DNA from: Oopsacas minuta
Lineage: Eukaryota > Animalia > Porifera
Length of the DNA stretch: 64,000 bases
Reading direction: 5' to 3'
Assembly (NCBI GenBank): GCA_024704765.1
Contig: JAKMXF010000322.1
Span: forward strand, 62,001 to 126,000
The translations under genes were made by a program, and so were the position numbers. This document shows positions 57,601-64,000 of this stretch, piece after piece (position 1 is the first letter of the stretch; every line of letters starts with the position of its first letter). The notes under the pieces were generated by a model. That model had not been told where the DNA came from. It worked only from the letters and a program-made list of their open reading frames with translations, and did not search any database.

Positions 57601-59225
57601 TGTAATTCTATTGGTCAATACATCTATTAAGTGTGAATACACTAATTTATCATATGATTAATCATGTTTTCACACCTTTTGGTGAATATTTCAAAATTAT
57701 CTTAGAGATTAGCTTTCACTTGTTAATTAGGGGTAAACAGGGACACACAATTCGATTTTGACACTTTCAGCTGTCAAATTTGTGAGTATTATTGTTTATT
57801 AACACCTTTCTATAGGTTGACAGGATCATACAGGAACCAATGATTGTCCTCACGTCCTCTATCCCTGGTTGGATCAAAGAGATCTCTAGAATTTGTCCCA
57901 CGATCCTCTCTTTTCAGACACGGCGGTCTATCTTCTATTGTACAACTTTTGACAGAGCTCGTGCCATGATGAATGTGTTAGAGGTGAAGGATACTATGGG
58001 TGAGACAGGGGAGATGACTATTCCCCGGATACCCAAACGGAAGATCACAATAGGACGGGACGAATTGTTGGAACAAGCCACCGGGGTCCTGAACGACACC
58101 TCTGTCCAGATATCGATCTTAGAGGTCCGTTTTAAGGACGAGGTGGGGACTGGCTTGGGTCCCACTTTGGAATTTTATTCCTTGGTCTCGCTAGAGTTAC
58201 AAAAACGCGAATTAGGAATGTGGCATGATACGAAACTGAATTCAAACGAGTATTACTTTTCACCAAATGGTCTATACCCAAATTCCTTATTCACAGAATT
58301 GACACAAACCCAGCAAGCGACACAATTGTGCCACTTTCAATTTCTTGGTCGTCTCTTCGCTAAATCCATTTTAGATACACATTTGATTGATTTAAATTTA
58401 TCGCCTATATTCTATTACTGGCTGCTGAATCTTGAAAACCACATCACACCTTCTGATTTTTATTATATTGACATTTTCTATCAAAAATCCGTGAATGCAT
58501 ATTTGGAATTCCATGAGAAGGTTTTGGAAATCATGCAGGAGAGTTTGAGTGACTCTGAACGAAATTCACGATTGGACACTCTGATTGACACCTATGGGGG
58601 CTCGAATGGGTCTTTGGATATTTCATTTATAGTTCCAGGTTCGAATGATATTGAACTTAAACCTGGAGGTGTTAAAATGTCAGTCAACAAAGACAACGTG
58701 TTAGAATACATATATACATTAACTGATTGGTTCCTAATTCGAGGTGTCCGTAAACAAATGGCCTCTTTCATTGATGGGTTCACTTCCATTATTCCACTTG
58801 ACACCCTGTCCATATTCCACCCAACTGAATTGGCCCTCTTAACAGGTGGCAGGGCGTTCGCACCTTGGACAAGAGAGGAACTTCATCACCATTGTAGGCT
58901 TGATCATGGGTACACACATTCCAGCACGACCATTCGGTATCTATTCGACACAATGGCTAATTTTGATGAAGAAGATCAAAGGAAATTCTTACAATTTGTC
59001 ACAGGGACGCCTCGGCTACCTATTGGCGGATTTTCCGGCTTGACACCTCCCTTAACTATTGTCAAAAAGCAAGGCGGAGCCAATCAGATCCCTGACAGCT
59101 ATCTGCCATCTGTAATGACTTGTGTTAATTATCTAAAACTCCCCGAATATACTAGCGAACTCGTTCTCAGAGAAAAACTTGAAACCGCAATAACTGAAGG
59201 TCAGAAGGCCTTCCACCTTTCCTAA
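51618..59225 (+). CDS. TRIP12: TRIP12/Ufd4 HECT E3 ubiquitin ligase (basic disordered N-terminus - ARM - WWE - HECT); multi-exon
   Basis: Exons include 51618-52079, 52218-52439, ARM ([24 protein letters not shown]...[17 protein letters not shown]), WWE ([15 protein letters not shown]), GPIQVDPLA, and HECT ([13 protein letters not shown]; [16 protein letters not shown]; ends AFHLS). Confidence 0.93.
54221..54264. repeat. Copy of the dispersed ~44-bp element
   Basis: ATATGATTAATCATATTTTCACACCTTTTGTAAATATTTCAAAA in a TRIP12 intron. Confidence 0.8.
57652..57696. repeat. Copy of the dispersed ~44-bp element
   Basis: ATATGATTAATCATGTTTTCACACCTTTTGGTGAATATTTCAAAA in a TRIP12 intron. Confidence 0.8.
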
Positions 59226-59955
59226 TCAGCTGATCGTGTGACACACTTACACTTTGTAAATATTCTGTTTATAAACTTTGAGACAGTATTGATAACTGAT
59301 ACTAAAAATAGAAGTGTTGATGTGCTATTTATCAATAGTCTGTTAATTATGTATGTCTTCATTAAACGCTCCTTAGTTACTGAAAGTACTTCCAAGAATG
59401 TTTTATGTTCTTTTATGTTCTTTTATTTACATATTTATGTACATATACACACCCTCTCTCCCATAAAATGAGGCCAATTAGTCCCATTGCCCTCAATAGT
59501 TTATCCTCACCTGTTTTACATTAAGAAAGGCTGCATTTTGATTTGTCTAGCTTTAACCAACCAAATGTGTGAAATAATCCACGTTACAAACATGTCATAC
59601 CCAAGGTCCATATCTGCACCCCTTAATGTGCCAATTTCATGTCAATCGGTAACCAAATGTGCTCCAAGAATTCCCTAAAACGGAATAAAGGACAGAAAGG
59701 TGTTCTTACATACACAGTGTATATATTATGTTCAGTACAGGCATGGACGATGTTCTATGTCCGTCCTTCTTTCAGCGGGGTCCTGAGAAATCTACAATAC
59801 TCCTTGCTTTGAGAATAAGCACTTCCCCAGTTTCCATAGTTACCTAGATATGAATTTGGTATGTACGTCAGTGAGGGAAGCGATTACTCAAGATATACAC
59901 TTATGTTTAGCTGTATGCACATTAATGTTTATTATTAATAAATTCACACAACAAG

Positions 59956-61215
59956 TTAAGCAGAGAGTATATTTAAGCCGTTAGCTGATAAGGAAGTGCA
60001 AACTAATTTTGAGTTATTGATTATTGAAAGGCCACTAGGCTTGGTGTGTCCTATCTTGTGTAGGAGGTCTCCTTCTGGTGAGAATACTTTGATTTGGTGA
60101 GCCGACCAGTCACTAATGACAATGTTATTGTGTCCGTCCAAACAGAAGAAGTATGCTATTACAACTTGCATTCCTCTTCCTCTGGTTACTAAGGAGCGGG
60201 ACTTCTCTCCTGAGAGAGTAAATACGTGTATACACAGATTGTCAAACCAGCTCAACACAAACATTTCATTGTTTGTGAACTTAACATCAACAGGTCCTTT
60301 CATGGTTTTGTGTCGTAGCGTGTCTTTAAATACCAGATTAGTTGCCAGGATTTGTAGTCTGTTGTTGAGACAATCTGGTACATAAAGGTGTTGATTAGGA
60401 GAGATGGCGGGTTGACTAGGATAATAGAACTTTTCACTACCATGTCCTTCCTTACCTACTCGCTTTATCATTGTTAGTTCTGGCAGCTTGAATAGGAAGA
60501 TAGCGTCATGTCCTCTGTCTGTGACATAAATGTTGTCCTCATGGATTAGGATACCCCATGGACTCTTCAGGTGTCTATCTCCGAATATATTAAGATGGTG
60601 TCCTTCCTGGGAGAATATTTGGATACGACTGTTGTTCATATCTGCCACATAAATATGTCCAGATTCAGGTTCGATTGTGACACCTCGTGGATTGTTAAAT
60701 GCCCCACGAACTGATCCTTGTTTCCCAACAGCAACAATGGGCTGTTGGAATGCAGAGTAGTTAGGTATTACTGGCATAGGAGGGATGGGAGGAATCTCGT
60801 GTTGGTTAATTTCTCCCAGACGAGAGATGTGTTCCTCTAGGTCTTGTGTGTTACACAAGAACCTCAGTTCTTGAGCTTGTGGTGCATTGAGTCGGAGTTC
60901 TGCCAGTTTAGCCTCCATCTCTGCCACAAATTTCTGCTGCATGGAATGAAGCATGTTATGCTTTATTTGGCCTTCTAATAGTGTCCTCGCTCCAACAAGT
61001 TCCTCCTCCACTTCCTGACGAGCCACCAGATCGGCTCTCATCTCTTCGCGTCTGTTCCTTAACGTGGCTAAGAGATGGACCCGTCTCTGGTTGAGGAGGA
61101 ATATCAACCTGTCGATGGATTGGTTTATTTGGACAGCTATGGGATCGATAATTGGCTCTGCAAGTGGTTCAGGCATTCGTGGCACTCCGATGGTTTCTGG
61201 GAATTGTGTCGCCAT
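59956..61215 (-). CDS. Coiled-coil + NHL-repeat protein, paralog B; intronless
   Basis: 419 aa, alignable end to end with 31781-33076. Confidence 0.85.
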   Translation of the reverse strand: MATQFPETIGVPRMPEPLAEPIIDPIAVQINQSIDRLIFLLNQRRVHLLATLRNRREEMRADLVARQEVEEELVGARTLLEGQIKHNMLHSMQQKFVAEMEAKLAELRLNAPQAQELRFLCNTQDLEEHISRLGEINQHEIPPIPPMPVIPNYSAFQQPIVAVGKQGSVRGAFNNPRGVTIEPESGHIYVADMNNSRIQIFSQEGHHLNIFGDRHLKSPWGILIHEDNIYVTDRGHDAIFLFKLPELTMIKRVGKEGHGSEKFYYPSQPAISPNQHLYVPDCLNNRLQILATNLVFKDTLRHKTMKGPVDVKFTNNEMFVLSWFDNLCIHVFTLSGEKSRSLVTRGRGMQVVIAYFFCLDGHNNIVISDWSAHQIKVFSPEGDLLHKIGHTKPSGLSIINNSKLVCTSLSANGLNILSA

Positions 61216-61535
61216 AATTTGGTCGATTATTTGTTGTTTGTTTGGTGTGAATTGTGTATATTTTGTTTGTTTTCAAATATATCAGAATTTATAGTTTCTA
61301 TTGAATGAATATTCTGAATAGAAAACTGCTGATCTGACACAATTATGAAAATAGAATTATTATTCTTAGAGGTTCGTGTCTGTTACCAAATTGTCTTTTG
61401 TGGATAACAAAGTACGTCAATGGTTGCTATGGTTATTTCTAATAATTAGGAATGTTTCTTAGTAATACACCTTACTTTACATAATTAATATTCATTAGTC
61501 TGAGAAATGGTTTGTGGCAATTAATTATTCAAATT

Positions 61536-61582
<47 letters not shown>

Positions 61583-61583
61583 G
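61536..61583. repeat. (TTG)16 microsatellite
   Basis: Direct reading; intergenic. Confidence 0.95.
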
Positions 61584-61942
61584 CTCAATTTCTCTTCCTT
61601 TGATGTAAAGCACAGTCAATGCCACTTTAACATTGTCCCGCCTTCACAATTTCTGGCCTTTCACTCGAATTTCTTCCCCTAAAACAGTCCATTTACATGA
61701 GTTTGGTGTATTTTAGTTTTGTTCTTCTGGCTTTTCTTGGAGATGTTTTCTGAATGCCAGACTTCCTTGATTGTTTGATTCCACTTTTATTGTTACAATA
61801 TATAAGGCCACCGTTAGTTGGAAACATGTTTCAGCTCCACCGCCGGCACCTGCTTTGGCTACCTTACTAATATTATCATTATTGTTATTGTTTACTTAAT
61901 GTATTTCAAGTATAGTAGAAGTGTCTTTTTCATAGTCTAGCC

Positions 61943-62063
61943 CATTGGTTCTCAACCTTTTTCTTCCGCGGACCTCTTGGTCCATTTTATGGGGTCCGTG
62001 GACCCTGCCAATAAACATAACACAAACATTTTAGGGCTGCGGATCCCAGGTTGAGAACCACTG
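61943..62063. mobile_element. hAT (Charlie/Buster-type) MITE with a perfect 8-bp TSD
   Basis: 16-bp TIRs CA(T/G)TGGTTCTCAACCT; GTCTAGCC at 61935-42 and 62064-71. Confidence 0.92.
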
Positions 62064-62265
62064 GTCTAGCCTATTCTCATATAAAATTTGACTTTAGTAA
62101 TTATAATATTTTATGAATGAACTAATTTCCCAGCTGATAACTCACAAAATAATGAACCGCCCGCATGCATATTCAGGTGGAACTAATTTTGAGCTGAAAC
62201 AAGTTTCCTTTACTAATTTGTAAATATTTGCTAGCGGAAAATGCAGATTTTTATCAACCTGGACT

Positions 62266-64000
62266 ATGGATATTGACAATTTTCTAATTCTGACTAATCC
62301 CCTGATACCCTCAATATCCTCCTACATACGCCAAATAGAAATAAACCAATCAAATCACAGTCTGCCATATGAAATTATTCTAACAATTCGACACCCTAAA
62401 GTTGTCCAAAAATCTTACAAAAATGAAAAAAGATTTTTCTGCCCGTCACCCTCATTCAAAATCTCCGGAAATGGATGGCGATTATGGCAACGTAGTTATC
62501 TCACCACAGAACAGTTAGCCAATCAAAATAATGAAGTCTCTAATGGCGCCAAATCTAACGTGGGAATGTTTCCACAATGTGTCGCTCTTGTCGACACATT
62601 GCCTGAATTTGGACAAGGGACACAATTGAAAGATGGCTACGCTTCTTTCAAATCTCTTTTCTTCAGTGACAGAGATAAAAGAAAGGTTTTTAGCATAAAA
62701 AGGTGTGAAAAATGTTATTTTATTGAATTCTATTTTTAGGTTTTTCGAATTGAAACTAAAATTTATTTGAGGCCGAACATTTGCCTTGGAACTTTCTTAT
62801 CCAATCAAATTCGAGTAATTTCAAAACCTTCAAAGAAAAAGCAAACTGGCGCCAAGGCAGATAAAATCAACATTCCATTCTCATTATCTTGTAACCAAAG
62901 AAATGGTGCTACATATTTACAGCCTAGTTCCAGTACTCAGGAACTGAATTCACAAGATCCTGCCTGTATTAGTTCCGGTTCCGAAATATGTATATTTAAC
63001 CGCGGGAGATCTCAGGCTATTGCTACAAGATACCTGTCAACCAATCAGAATGGAGCTTTTGGAGTAAGAAATATACTAATATACTAACAAACAAACAAAC
63101 AAACAAACAAATAAACAAATAAACAAATAAACAAACAAACAAACAAACAAACAAACAAATAAACAAATAAACAAATAAACAAACAAACAAACAAACAAAC
63201 AAATAAATACATTCTTTCTTTACTAGACATCAATAAACTTTTGGGATACTTTCACTATCGATTTGGTTGACAACAGATTAAGCGACGAGAATGTAGAATT
63301 TGATTGTAAAGAAGGTTACATAACTTATGGTTGCTATGCCCGCCTAACTTCTGAAAATGGTGTCACCTTACCAACTTTAAAACTAGAAAGAATTGAAAAA
63401 CAAAAATTGGCCGTTCCAAGCGAACGAGAGCCACTTGGACAACTTCAAAAGGTGTGAAAATATGTATATAAAGTTAGTGTTGCTTATTATAGCAATTTCG
63501 TTAGTGTGAACAATATATTCCATAGGTGGCGTTTCAGGTGGTCTCAACTGGACAATATTTGGCATTTAATGAGGACAGAATTGTCCAAGTGTCTTGTACA
63601 AGTCAGGAATTTGATGACCAAATACTGCCAGACTGCGCTTCACTCACAGTTGTAACTGTAGAAGAGGCCACGTGAGTTATTTGTGTTATTGGACTATGGA
63701 TGATAATAGGTAAATAGCTTCGATGTGTCGAGAAATTTCCAAGACCACTTTTGGGAGAGATCTGAGGTGTTTTATAGACCCATAGGGGCACAAACTGTAT
63801 ATTTTTAATAATTTTCAAGTTATCCATGATCCACTAATACAAATGTTTACTATGGATATATTATTTCAAACTGGAACTATGTTTAGGTATACTTTCCATC
63901 CGTTGCTATTCAACATACTCTCTCCTCCAACTCTAATTGGACCTTGTCCAACTATTTTACAAGTTGGTTCCACATTCATGCAAGGGAAGTACCTATTTTT
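62266..64000 (+). CDS. RBPJ: Suppressor of Hairless / RBPJ (CSL) transcription factor; 3'-partial, start uncertain
   Basis: In-phase exons 62266-62685, 62740-63063, 63227-63451, 63526-63671, 63887->64000. Motifs HPKVVQKSYKNEKRFFCPSP, SKPSKKKQ, FNRGRSQAIATRYL, EFDCKEGYI.YG, EPLGQLQK, TYTF. Confidence 0.92.

Overview
Eukaryotic, AT-rich, gene-dense animal DNA with short spliceosomal GT-AG introns. No prokaryotic features, rRNA, tRNA or CRISPR array were found. The compact genes, (GTTT)n-filled introns and intronless NHL-repeat genes suggest an early-branching animal, possibly a sponge such as a hexactinellid (inference only). Genes in order: RalGPS-type RasGEF (-); RASAL2/DAB2IP/SynGAP-family RasGAP (-); Canopy-like saposin-fold protein (-); coiled-coil+NHL protein (+); a ~19.5-kb NBEAL1/2-type BEACH gene (-) whose 6.9-kb intron holds two same-strand intronless CAP-Gly coiled-coil genes; NHL gene A (+); a fully reconstructable 3xIg-FN3-TM FGFR-like receptor with a pseudokinase domain (-); a class III-like POU gene (-) with an ~8-kb ORF-poor upstream region; TRIP12 (+); NHL gene B (-, inverted paralog of A); and the 5' part of Su(H)/RBPJ (+). 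Non-coding DNA carries hAT MITEs with 8-bp TSDs, Tc1/pogo-like MITEs, a Ginger1-like element, a dispersed ~44-bp T-box-site-containing element whose core recurs at splice sites, and several mini- and microsatellites. The strongest leads are the pseudokinase receptor, the nested CAP-Gly pair, the NHL pair with a conversion-like tract, the RasGAP-RalGPS adjacency and the splice-site-associated element. All exon joins, family calls and identities were read by eye from the sequence or recalled, not computed.
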